This document shows positions 55,127 through 64,000 of a DNA stretch of 64,000 bases, piece after piece. The stretch lies in NCBI GenBank assembly GCA_001724265.1, contig MEDY01000097.1, forward strand, positions 1-64,000, written 5' to 3'. The position numbers and the translations under genes are program-made. The stretch's first letter is position 1, and each line of letters starts with the position of its first letter. The notes beneath the pieces are model-generated. The model ran no database searches, had not been told where the DNA came from, and saw only the letters and a list, made by a program, of their open reading frames with translations. Origin of the DNA: Rhizaria sp. SCN 62-66. Lineage: Eukaryota.

Positions 55127-57250
55127 ATGAAGTTCCGCTTCGCGCTAACGGCACTATGTCTGCTGTACCCGACAGCGATGTTCGGCGCCATGCTCGGCTC
55201 GAGCGTGACGCTGCTGCGTCTCATCTGCGTCGACAACGGCCTCGACGCATCATGCACAAGCAAGCCCGAGACACGCTCTCTGGCCGAATTCAACCGCATC
55301 TACTCGCTCGCCAGCGTCATGGGCATGTTCGCCACCAACAGTGTTCTTGCCGCGCTTGCCGACAAGTGGGGCCGCAAGGCCATCATCACCATCGTGCTCT
55401 GCGGCCTCATGTTCGGCGAAAGCATGTGGATGCTCACGACGCGCTCAGATACGGGATTCTTCCGCGAGAACTGGCGCATCATCCTCCCCATCACCGTCTT
55501 CCTTCAGTCCGCTGCCGGCAGCGTCGCTGTCGCGTTTTTCTGCATTTTCACGCTCGCGGCTGACTGGACCCGTTTCCGCCCCCAGATGCGCGGCTCCGTC
55601 TTCGCCATCATCGAGGGCTGTATCGGCGCCTCCGGCGTCCTCGGCTCCCAGGCCGCCGGACTCTTCCTCTCCACTATCGGACCCTTCTACGTCTTTATGT
55701 TTTCCTTCTGCTGCGCGCTGCTCGGTCTCATCATCGTCACGCTATTTCTGGACGACACGACGCCGCCCGAGATTAAGGCCCGCAAGGTCGACTGGTCTCG
55801 TGCCAACATCTTCGGCGCGCTGCTCATCCTCTGCCCCACGCGCCGCACGCGCGCGCTGCGCGACGAGGACGCGCACCAGTCGTACGAGGAGCTGTGCCAG
55901 GAGCTGCTGCGCTCGCACGTCGGTGACGCGATCACCGTGGACCCCGCGCTCGTGGCCGACAACACCGCGGGTATCGCCGCGACGGACGACACCGAGGGCG
56001 TGTACGTCGCGCCGCGTCCCTGCGATCTCGACACGCCGCGGCCCGACGAGGGCGCCGACGGCAACAGCGCCGACGGCACTGGCCTGCTCGACGCCGAGCT
56101 CGGCGGGCTCGCCAGCGACGGCAACGGCAACAACGGCGACGACACCGCGGGCCCGCTTAACCGGCGCAAGGCTCGCCACGGCGCCAAGGGCAAGAAGGGG
56201 TTTGACCCCGCGCTCACCGAGGGCCTTGCCGCCGCCGACTCGCTCTCCGCGCTCACCATCGTCGCTTCCCCCGCCTCTGCCCATAGTAGCGCGCTGACGG
56301 CCGCGCCCGACTCGGACCCCATGTCCCCGCTCCAGGCCGCGTCGCCCTCGGCCGTGGCGCTGTACGCGCAGGGCGTCGTGCTACCCGCGGAGCCGCAGCG
56401 GCCCGGCAACGCGCTGCTCGTCATGGCCTGCGTCGGCTTCCTCGCCATGAGCGCGATGCTCGGCGGAAACGGTTGCCGCACGGCGTATCTCAAGCAGGTC
56501 TACAGCATTTCGGACCGCGGGGTGTCGACCATCGCGACCATCGAGGCCACGGCGCGCTGCTTGGGCACGTTTCTCTTTGTTCCGGTGCTGCACAAGTACA
56601 TTTCCTCGCGCTTGGCGGAGCTGCGCACTGTGCGCGGGATGCTCTTGCTTAAGGGACTCGCGCTCATGGTGTATCTGTTCGCGGACGAGCTGTGGCAGAT
56701 CTACATCATCCTCGCCTTCGCGGGCTTCTTCGCGTCGATCCCCTTTGGTTTCATCAAGGGCATCGTGTCCACCGAGGTCGGCGTGCTGCTGCAGGGCAAG
56801 GTCCTCGCCGCGATGGCTGCGGTGGACATGATCACCACGTTCGTCGCATCCATGTCTTTCTCTTCGCTCTTCGCTGAGACTAACGACACGTTCCCCGAGG
56901 CCGTGTTTGTGCTTGCGGGCGCGCTCAACATTCTCGGCGCCATCGTCCCCGTCTTTATCTCAGACTCCAAGGCTGCGTTCAACTCGCGCCGCCGCCGCGC
57001 TAAGGGCCCCGCGCCCCCGGGCGCCGCCCCCGCGGCCGCCGTCACGGTCCTCCCGGGCCCTGTACAGACTGACGACGCGCGCGGTGATAAGGCGTTTGCC
57101 GCGGCGCTCACGTCCGGCGACACCGCGTCGTCGTCGTCGACGTTCTCGCAGCAGCAGGGGATGGGGGCGCGCACAGACAGCGTGCTCGTCGTGCCGCTGC
57201 CGCTGCCGGTGCCCGTCGCAGACGGCGCCAAGAGCGGCAGACTCAACTAA
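55127..57250 (+). CDS. Major facilitator superfamily transporter (SLC46/PCFT-like), paralogue 1
   Basis: About 12 hydrophobic segments, MFS motif A (AALADKWGRKA), Cys pair in the first loop (ICVDNGLDASC), large central loop, C-half motif VSTEVGVLLQGKVLA. Confidence 0.85.
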   Translation: MKFRFALTALCLLYPTAMFGAMLGSSVTLLRLICVDNGLDASCTSKPETRSLAEFNRIYSLASVMGMFATNSVLAALADKWGRKAIITIVLCGLMFGESMWMLTTRSDTGFFRENWRIILPITVFLQSAAGSVAVAFFCIFTLAADWTRFRPQMRGSVFAIIEGCIGASGVLGSQAAGLFLSTIGPFYVFMFSFCCALLGLIIVTLFLDDTTPPEIKARKVDWSRANIFGALLILCPTRRTRALRDEDAHQSYEELCQELLRSHVGDAITVDPALVADNTAGIAATDDTEGVYVAPRPCDLDTPRPDEGADGNSADGTGLLDAELGGLASDGNGNNGDDTAGPLNRRKARHGAKGKKGFDPALTEGLAAADSLSALTIVASPASAHSSALTAAPDSDPMSPLQAASPSAVALYAQGVVLPAEPQRPGNALLVMACVGFLAMSAMLGGNGCRTAYLKQVYSISDRGVSTIATIEATARCLGTFLFVPVLHKYISSRLAELRTVRGMLLLKGLALMVYLFADELWQIYIILAFAGFFASIPFGFIKGIVSTEVGVLLQGKVLAAMAAVDMITTFVASMSFSSLFAETNDTFPEAVFVLAGALNILGAIVPVFISDSKAAFNSRRRRAKGPAPPGAAPAAAVTVLPGPVQTDDARGDKAFAAALTSGDTASSSSTFSQQQGMGARTDSVLVVPLPLPVPVADGAKSGRLN

Positions 57251-59052
57251 GCGCCGAAGGAAAGAATGATAAGACGAGTCGAGGCGAGGCGATACGGGAC
57301 GAGGGAGCGTTTGCTGTTTGGGAGTGGCTGAATGAGAAACGACTGCTGAGAAAGACTTCAATTTCATAGTGTCCACAAGTCACTTACCTAACAACAACAA
57401 CGCTCACACACACACAACATGCGTGTACTTTGGTGTAATCTTTGTTTGTTTTCAATTTTTGAACAAATAAGTTTAACATTTGTATATTTGTTCTGCAATT
57501 CCCCCCTCTTCGTTCTTCTTGGACTTAATAGTCCTATTTGGTCATTAAGTTGCTTTGTTTTAGAACTGCCATCCACTACCACTTAGTTGCATCGATCGTA
57601 CGCAATCGCTCGTCTTCATTTTCGAGACGTTTGCGTGCTCCGATGTAACACGTGTTTTTGTTTCATTTTTTGTTTTGTATTTTGCTCTGTCCTTATTATT
57701 CCTGTCATTATTTGCTCCGTTTTGTTGTTCTTGTTGAAGCATGACTTTTTTATGACTAGACTTGTGTTTCCTGTCTCTCGATCGAACTCATTCGCGCCGT
57801 TGTTAGGTGCCCTTTTCACTAAAAAACGCTGTTCGTGTGTTCTATCTTGGGTGCAATATCATTTGTCGTTTGATTTGTTGCTATTCAATCACAACTGCTC
57901 CGTTTTCTTGTGTGTCTGTGTGCCTCGCACATACGCATCTTTGCGCTGTTTGCTACTACTGTTTATGTGCAACATTTGCCAATAATACTGTGTTTCAGTG
58001 AGATTTGAGGCCATGTTCTTCTTGATATATGTCACGACTGTGGCTTGCAATCGCGCGTTTTTACGCCGCAGAAACGCTTCACTTTTGGCTGAGTTATTGT
58101 GGTTGTTCTTTTGCGTTCATTCAGTTTCACTACAGTTTGCACACAACACAACGTGCATCGTGGTTTCGTTGTTGTATTTTTTCAGGAATCAATGGCGACA
58201 CCACAAGCGCGTTTACACGTGCGGACGCAGTCTTTTTAGTTTTCTCAATCTCTGTTTTGTTCTGTCTCAACTTGGTTGCGCTGAGCCTATGTGCTCGCCG
58301 GGGGGCCGTGCGCTGCTGCTGTGCAGGCAAAGTCAGCTCTACTTCACACGTAGGGATGCAGTCCTGCGTCGCTGTGCGCGCCCTCCCCCCTGGCGCGGTT
58401 CACATTAATAACACCCAAATCTGTGCGACCTGCTTTTTTGTCTCTTTTCATGGAATACATTCGATATGAATTCGACAACAACCCCCAGACCGAAATCACA
58501 CAAATCATGTTCTTTCTTAATGGGTGTGAATATCAGTCAAATTCCAATCGTCAAATATCTTTTCATACTGTCGACGTCGTCGACCCAGAGCCACCACAAG
58601 CCAGCTCGACTAGTGCCCAAATTTCGGCGTGCCGCAAGTCGGGCCGATCTAAGTAAGATGTCGCGGAGTATCTAGCGATGTGGCACGATCGTAGATAAGT
58701 TTTTATGTTTGTCATCAAGTTACTGCAGTTGTTAGACTCTTGACTCTACTTCACAAACTTTGCTCCAATCTATACTAGCGCGTGTTATTGACCTGTTTGT
58801 TTTTGCAATCGAAAGCAGGAAAGGGAGACGTCGCCCTTGTAGAAATGCATCGATGACGCTTTTTATTCGCACCAAATACGTTTTTTATCTTGTGCTATAA
58901 TTACAACTCGCTTGATTCTAGTAAATAATTTCAACAAACATTGCAATTTATGCTCACGTGACCCATATCACATCTTCCCTCTTTGCCTCACGTGTCTTTC
59001 CTTTTGACATTCTCGGTCAACACAATACCATCCAGAATTTTGTCATCTCGCG

Positions 59053-61017
59053 ATGAAGTTCTTCATTGCGATAGGGGCAATGTGCCTGTTGTACCCGACC
59101 GCGCTATACAGCGGCATTATCTCCACGAGCTCAACGGTACTACGCATGATTTGCGTCGACAACGGGCTCCCAGCGAGCTGCACGTCAACAAACGAGACCA
59201 GTGAGATGTCATCGTTCGCCACCATCTACGCAGGTGCAGGCTCGATTGGCATGCTCCTGACAAACACACTCATTACTGCACTGGCTGACCGCTGGGGCCG
59301 CAAAACGATTATCCTCCTTGTGCTTAGTGGCTGCCTCTTCGAGTCAACGATGTGGCTGCTGACCACGCGCTCAGAGACGGGCTTCTTCCGCGAAAACTGG
59401 CGCGTGCTGCTTCCTATCGCATCTTTTATCCAGAGCTCTGTTGGTAGCATCGCTATTGCCGTGTTTGCGATCTACACGATTGTCGCGGACTGGACGCGTT
59501 TCCGCACTGAATACCGCACTACGTTGTTTGCTTGTCTCGAAGGCGGGTTTGCTATCTCTGGCATCCTCGGCGCACAAGGCGCTGCGCTGTTTATGTCAAT
59601 CGACCCGTTCTACGCATTCGTCTTTTCCTGGAGTCTTATCGCCACTACACTTATCCTTAACGCACTCCTGCTTGAAGACACGACGCCACCCGAAGTCCGC
59701 AACCGCAAGATCGATTGGTGGCACGCGAACGCTTTCGGCGCGCTTCTCATCCTCTGCCCCACGCGCCGCACGCGCGCGCTGCGAGAGGAAGACGCGCACC
59801 AGTCGTATGAGGAGCTGTGCCAGGAGCTGCTCCGGTCTAAGATTGGCGACCCTATTGCCGTTGACCCAGTGCTTGTGGCCGAGAACACTGCCGGTGTGGC
59901 TGCCCCAGAAAACACGGGGCTGTACATTGCGCCGCGCACCGACACCGAGATTCTTGCCAGGGGCGTTCTGGCAAGCGACGACTACGCTGGCCGCGACGCC
60001 GGTGACGCATACGGTGACGGCGATGAGGGAGCGCGCATGCGCTCAACCAATAGCACGCTGACTGATAACACTAACAGGAATAAGCACAATGCCGGCAAGG
60101 GCTTCAACCCCGCGCTGAGCGAGAGTCTCACGGGCGCTGACTCCCTTTCCGCGCTCACGTTGCACGCACACAATAGCGATGGCGTTCTGGGGGACCACCA
60201 CGACGGCGCTATGTCTCCGCTGCAATCGGCGACGCCGTCGGCATTGGAGCTGGCGCGCCACGGAATCGCCTTGCCCGCAGAGCCACACGGCGTTGGCAAC
60301 GCACTGACGGTACTTGCAGTTGCCGCGTTCATTGGTACGTGCGCCGTGGTTGGTCTTATGACTGTGCGCATCCCGTACATGAAGCAAGAGTACAACGCGT
60401 CGGACCAAGTCGTGTCGAATCTTGCCACGATCGAGGCCGTCGCGCGCGCCACTGGCACGTTTGTGCTCGTCCCACTGCTGCACAAGTTCATCTCCTCGCG
60501 TGTGGCGGAATTGCGCACGGTTCAAGCACTGCTGTTTATGCAGGGCGTTGTGCTGCTGTTTTTTATGGCCGCGAATACGCTCTGGCAAACCTTTCTTATT
60601 TTCATCATCGGTGGCTTCTGCTCGTCTATTCCTTTCGGCTTCCTGCGCGGGTTGCTCTCCACCGAGGTGGGCGTGCTGCTGCAGGGTAAGGTCTTGTCTG
60701 CACTGGCCTCAGTCGACATCTTTACGATGTTGTTTGCGTCCACGGGCTTCTCTTCGCTCTTTGCGCACACCAACAAGACGTTCCCAGAGTCTGTGTATGT
60801 GGTCTGCGGCTTCTTTTTGATTACAGCCGCGCTCATTCCGCTCCTGGTCTCCGACACCAAGGCTATGTTCAACAGCCGTCGCAAGCGTGTGCCCAAGAAG
60901 TCCGCCGCTGATGTCGCTGCTGCTGATGCAGAGGCTAATGAGGGCGGCTTTGGTGCTGCTGGCGACCTTGCGCCGCTTGCACCTGGCGCGGACTCGGATG
61001 CGGGGTACATCAACTAA
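59053..61017 (+). CDS. Major facilitator superfamily transporter (SLC46/PCFT-like), paralogue 2
   Basis: Collinear with paralogue 1 (TALADRWGRKT, ICVDNGLPASC, TGFFRENWR, LSTEVGVLLQGKVLS); tandem duplicate on the same strand. Confidence 0.85.
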   Translation: MKFFIAIGAMCLLYPTALYSGIISTSSTVLRMICVDNGLPASCTSTNETSEMSSFATIYAGAGSIGMLLTNTLITALADRWGRKTIILLVLSGCLFESTMWLLTTRSETGFFRENWRVLLPIASFIQSSVGSIAIAVFAIYTIVADWTRFRTEYRTTLFACLEGGFAISGILGAQGAALFMSIDPFYAFVFSWSLIATTLILNALLLEDTTPPEVRNRKIDWWHANAFGALLILCPTRRTRALREEDAHQSYEELCQELLRSKIGDPIAVDPVLVAENTAGVAAPENTGLYIAPRTDTEILARGVLASDDYAGRDAGDAYGDGDEGARMRSTNSTLTDNTNRNKHNAGKGFNPALSESLTGADSLSALTLHAHNSDGVLGDHHDGAMSPLQSATPSALELARHGIALPAEPHGVGNALTVLAVAAFIGTCAVVGLMTVRIPYMKQEYNASDQVVSNLATIEAVARATGTFVLVPLLHKFISSRVAELRTVQALLFMQGVVLLFFMAANTLWQTFLIFIIGGFCSSIPFGFLRGLLSTEVGVLLQGKVLSALASVDIFTMLFASTGFSSLFAHTNKTFPESVYVVCGFFLITAALIPLLVSDTKAMFNSRRKRVPKKSAADVAAADAEANEGGFGAAGDLAPLAPGADSDAGYIN

Positions 61018-61548
61018 ACTCAACAGTGTTAATAGATGCAGCGTACAAAGCTGCTACTTTGGTGCTGAAATAACTTTGTTTGTCGATCCTTTGCTTTTAT
61101 TTTTTTTCCTTACTTGTTCGCACACGTGTTTCACTAAATCTGTTATCCGCCTTAATATGTTGTCACTCTTGTTCCTTGACTATTCATTCCTGACCGATAA
61201 ACACAATACATATCGTATGTAGTTTTGTGTTCTAGCTGATATACTTCGTCGCAATACATTGTTGATTGGTTTTTATTTAATCATGAAATCAAAATACTTG
61301 TCCGTCCTTGCATTCAGCACCAAATATCAGACACTGCACACGATATGCGATGGCGCAGTGATTCAAAGCCATTTCAGCTTCAGCAAAAAGTGAACCGTCG
61401 CGGGCTCTGCCAACCGCAGAGCTACCATCCGGTCCACATCGCCATACACGCACTCACGCCCTGTACTTGCGCTCTAGAGTATCAGCTGTGCAGCTACAGC
61501 GACGTCAGCGACGAGAGCATTGTACGCTCACCTCAGGTGTTAGTTCGC

Positions 61549-62409
61549 TTACGCGATGCGCATAATGATGTGCCAGCCCGAGGGGCTCTCGGTGGGCGGC
61601 GACACCTCGCCAACGTTGAGCGCAAAGGCCGCCCGCGAGAACTCGGGGTGCATCGTCTCGAACGTAAACGGGCCCAAGTCGCCGCCGCGCGTGTGCGACG
61701 AGCACTCGCTCTCGAGCGACGCCAGGTATTCGAAGCTCTCGTTGCCCTCAACAATGCGGCGGCGCAGCTCGGTGACACCCGCCAGCGCCTCGGCCGGGGT
61801 GCGCGTCACGGGGTTAGGCGACTTCCAGCAGATGGGGTTGCGGGAGCCGGTGTGCTTGAGCAGCAGGTGGCGCGCGCGCACCATCGGCGGCGCGGCGGCG
61901 GCCTGCTCCTTAGCGATCTTAAGGAAATGCTCCTCGCCGAGCGCGCGGCCGAGGCCCATGCCGCCGAAGACGAGGCTACGCGCCACAGCGGGGGTCTGGC
62001 CGATGTGGACAACGTCGCCGTCGAACACAGGCTCGCCCACGCCGGGCTGCATGCGCTGGCCGTTGAGCCATGAGCCGTGGCTCGAGTAGTTGTCAAACAG
62101 CATTAGGCCCTGGCGTGTGTAGATCAAAACCAGGTGGCTGCGCGAGAGGCCGTCCTCGCCCTGGGGAAGCACGAGGGTCATCACGTTGTCAAGCTTGCAG
62201 CGGCCCACAGCGTACGCGCGGTCGGACGACAGCGCCGCCCAAGGCTGCACACGCTCGATCAGCGTGCCGTCAGGCTGGTGCGCATCGATGTAGATCTGCT
62301 GCAGCATCGGGGGTGCGTTGATCGCCCAGTATGGCAGATCAAGCGAGGCAGAGTCAGACTTGGGCAGCACGCGCTGCTTGTAACCATCGCGCCAGGTGAG
62401 GGTGGTCAT
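61549..62409 (-). CDS. FHA-domain parvulin-type peptidyl-prolyl isomerase (Pin1-like catalytic domain)
   Basis: FHA motifs YAVGR, LSRSH, DNYSSHGSWLNG, DGDVVHIG. Parvulin motifs VRARHLLLKHTGSRNP, SECSSHTRGGDLGPF, MHPEFSRAAFALNVGEVS, SGWHIIMR. Stop TAA. Confidence 0.92.
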   Translation of the reverse strand: MTTLTWRDGYKQRVLPKSDSASLDLPYWAINAPPMLQQIYIDAHQPDGTLIERVQPWAALSSDRAYAVGRCKLDNVMTLVLPQGEDGLSRSHLVLIYTRQGLMLFDNYSSHGSWLNGQRMQPGVGEPVFDGDVVHIGQTPAVARSLVFGGMGLGRALGEEHFLKIAKEQAAAAPPMVRARHLLLKHTGSRNPICWKSPNPVTRTPAEALAGVTELRRRIVEGNESFEYLASLESECSSHTRGGDLGPFTFETMHPEFSRAAFALNVGEVSPPTESPSGWHIIMRIA

Positions 62410-62776
62410 ATCTCTACAGAAACACAGATTCAGGAAAAACGAAAAATGAAAAAGTTAAGAAAACTGCGCAGAGTATTGATATCTTCTAGCGGCAGTCTAG
62501 TTGCACGATGTGATGAGGCACATCGGTTTGGTCAGTTCAAATCCGAGTCCAACGGCTTTCACAACCTCTCAAAGAGACACCACAAATATCTGATTTTGCG
62601 ACTTTCAAGAGGATTCGACACAATAACAGTTGTGTATTGGAGTAGTTAGAAAAGAAAAATAAATGAAATACATATGTTTGGGATAAGAAGTATCACAAGA
62701 AGTTTGGGTTAGAACTACGGAGTGAATAATCTATTTGTTAGTTACGGTTAGCTAAGTCTGTCTCAATGCGGGGACG

Positions 62777-64000
62777 TTACATGACAGTGCAGCAGCCCTT
62801 AGGCTCGGGCTCGGGCGCACGGTAGCCCGTGCGGTCGACAGGCAGCCGGTCCAAGATGGCGACGAGATCCTTCTCGCGCGCGGTCCGCGCGACGTGTCCC
62901 CAGGTCGCGTAGAGCTTCTCCTCCTCCGGGCCCAGCTTGAGACTGCGGAAGCCGGCCTCGTTGAAGGCGCCAACCTCGTCGACTGACTTAGCGTGCACCT
63001 GCGACGGGTCGGGGCGGTACGGCGGCACAATCTGCAGCGCCAGCAGCGCCTGCCAGTCGATGGCGGGCAGCTCCAGCGCCTGTCCCGGACCTGTCGGCAC
63101 GGGATCCACGGGCGTGTAGTAGGAAGTGGGGCCGTGCGGGATTGCCACAGCCGAGGCCGGGAGACGCAGGGAACCAAAGAACGGGTGCTGCTTGATCTCG
63201 GCGATGCCCGCGGGACCGCAGCCGAGGCGGCGCGTGGGGTCCGGGTGGAACAGACGCATGATGAGGTCCTTGGCCTCGGGGATCGCGCCGAAGATCGTCG
63301 GCGGGTAAGTCACTTCGAGGTCAACGAGCGCGTGCGAGTTGGTCGCCAGCCCCTCGATCGCGGACGACGACTCGAACGGCGACCACCGCGGCGCCGACGC
63401 GGGTGACACACCGTGTATATAGTACTGGTACCGCGGAACCTGTGGCAGCACGCCGACCATGTGTCCCGCGACCGACAACCGCTTCGGCGGGCGCACCACA
63501 GGCGGAAGCGGGAGAAAGCCTGTCGCGAACGGCAGGTCGTCCCCGGCGTCATGGTCTTCGCCGTCGTAGCCCTGGTCGCCCGCGGACGGGCCCTCAGTCG
63601 CGCGGCGACTGCCACGGCTGCGGCCCGCGGACGCGCCATTGGACCGGTGCGTGCGCGAGCGCGACTGAGACGGCTCTGGCGCAACAGGCGCGGCCGCGGC
63701 CCCAGCGCCGGCGGCCTCTGTGGCCGCGGTGGAGGCCGAGGCGGCGAGCTTCTTGGGCCCCAGCGCGCGCGAGCTGGCGACGGGCGTGGCCGACGGCGTG
63801 ACGCCCTGGCCGCGGGGGTCCTCGACCACTTCCGCACCTGCGTCGGCGTCGGCGTCATCGGCGTCGGCGTCGCCGGCGTCCACGTCCAGCTCCAGCTGCA
63901 CGTTGCTGTCGTTCACCGTGCCCTCGCCCGCGCCGGCGCCGTCGCCGGAGCTCGTCGCAGCCGCCGCCGTGGCGGCCGATGAGGCGTTGGCGGCCGTCGC
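62777..64000 (-). CDS. C-terminal part of a second GRK-like AGC kinase with CaaX (5' part outside the window)
   Basis: Frame is open to the window edge. EAKDLIMRLFHPDPTRRLGCGPAGIAEIKQHPFF, IDWQALLALQIVPPYRPD, GRK-like tail VHAKSVDEVGAFNEAGFRSLKL, ends KGCCTVM. Stop TAA. Confidence 0.8.
   Translation of the reverse strand, partial: ATAANASSAATAAAATSSGDGAGAGEGTVNDSNVQLELDVDAGDADADDADADAGAEVVEDPRGQGVTPSATPVASSRALGPKKLAASASTAATEAAGAGAAAAPVAPEPSQSRSRTHRSNGASAGRSRGSRRATEGPSAGDQGYDGEDHDAGDDLPFATGFLPLPPVVRPPKRLSVAGHMVGVLPQVPRYQYYIHGVSPASAPRWSPFESSSAIEGLATNSHALVDLEVTYPPTIFGAIPEAKDLIMRLFHPDPTRRLGCGPAGIAEIKQHPFFGSLRLPASAVAIPHGPTSYYTPVDPVPTGPGQALELPAIDWQALLALQIVPPYRPDPSQVHAKSVDEVGAFNEAGFRSLKLGPEEEKLYATWGHVARTAREKDLVAILDRLPVDRTGYRAPEPEPKGCCTVM

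Noticed and set aside
57390-58700. Short Cys/Phe/Leu-rich ORFs between the MFS paralogues
   Set aside because: T-rich 3'-UTR-like composition without the GC3 bias of real genes in this window.

Overview
Gene-dense eukaryotic (protist-like) nuclear DNA: very GC-rich, mostly intron-free CDSs full of Ala/Gly/Ser/Gln/His low-complexity tracts, separated by AT-richer introns and UTRs. I support 17 protein-coding genes, two of them cut by the window edges: a DET1-like histidine phosphatase, a syntaxin-17-like SNARE, an RGS-domain GRK, divergent CSN1, PLAA/Doa1, eIF3b, mitochondrial uL10, a 2xKH RNA-binding protein, GRP94, a kinase-less Bub1/Mad3-family protein, an acireductone dioxygenase-Rid deaminase fusion, a WW/multi-PH scaffold, a UVR/coiled-coil protein, two tandem MFS transporters, an FHA-parvulin and the 3' end of a second GRK-like kinase. 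Main leads: (1) an in-frame TAG at codon 12 of the otherwise intact Bub1/Mad3 gene, while none of the 16 visible gene ends uses TAG (9 TAA, 7 TGA), hinting at UAG reassignment/readthrough or an 18-nt intron; (2) the ARD-Rid fusion; (3) a giant STX17-like SNARE; (4) tepsin-like AP-4-binding motifs in the UVR/coiled-coil protein; (5) splice-acceptor-like sites just before most start codons and two ATG-only first exons. All family calls come from motif recognition by eye, with no database search. No rRNA, tRNA, CRISPR array or transposon was recognised.
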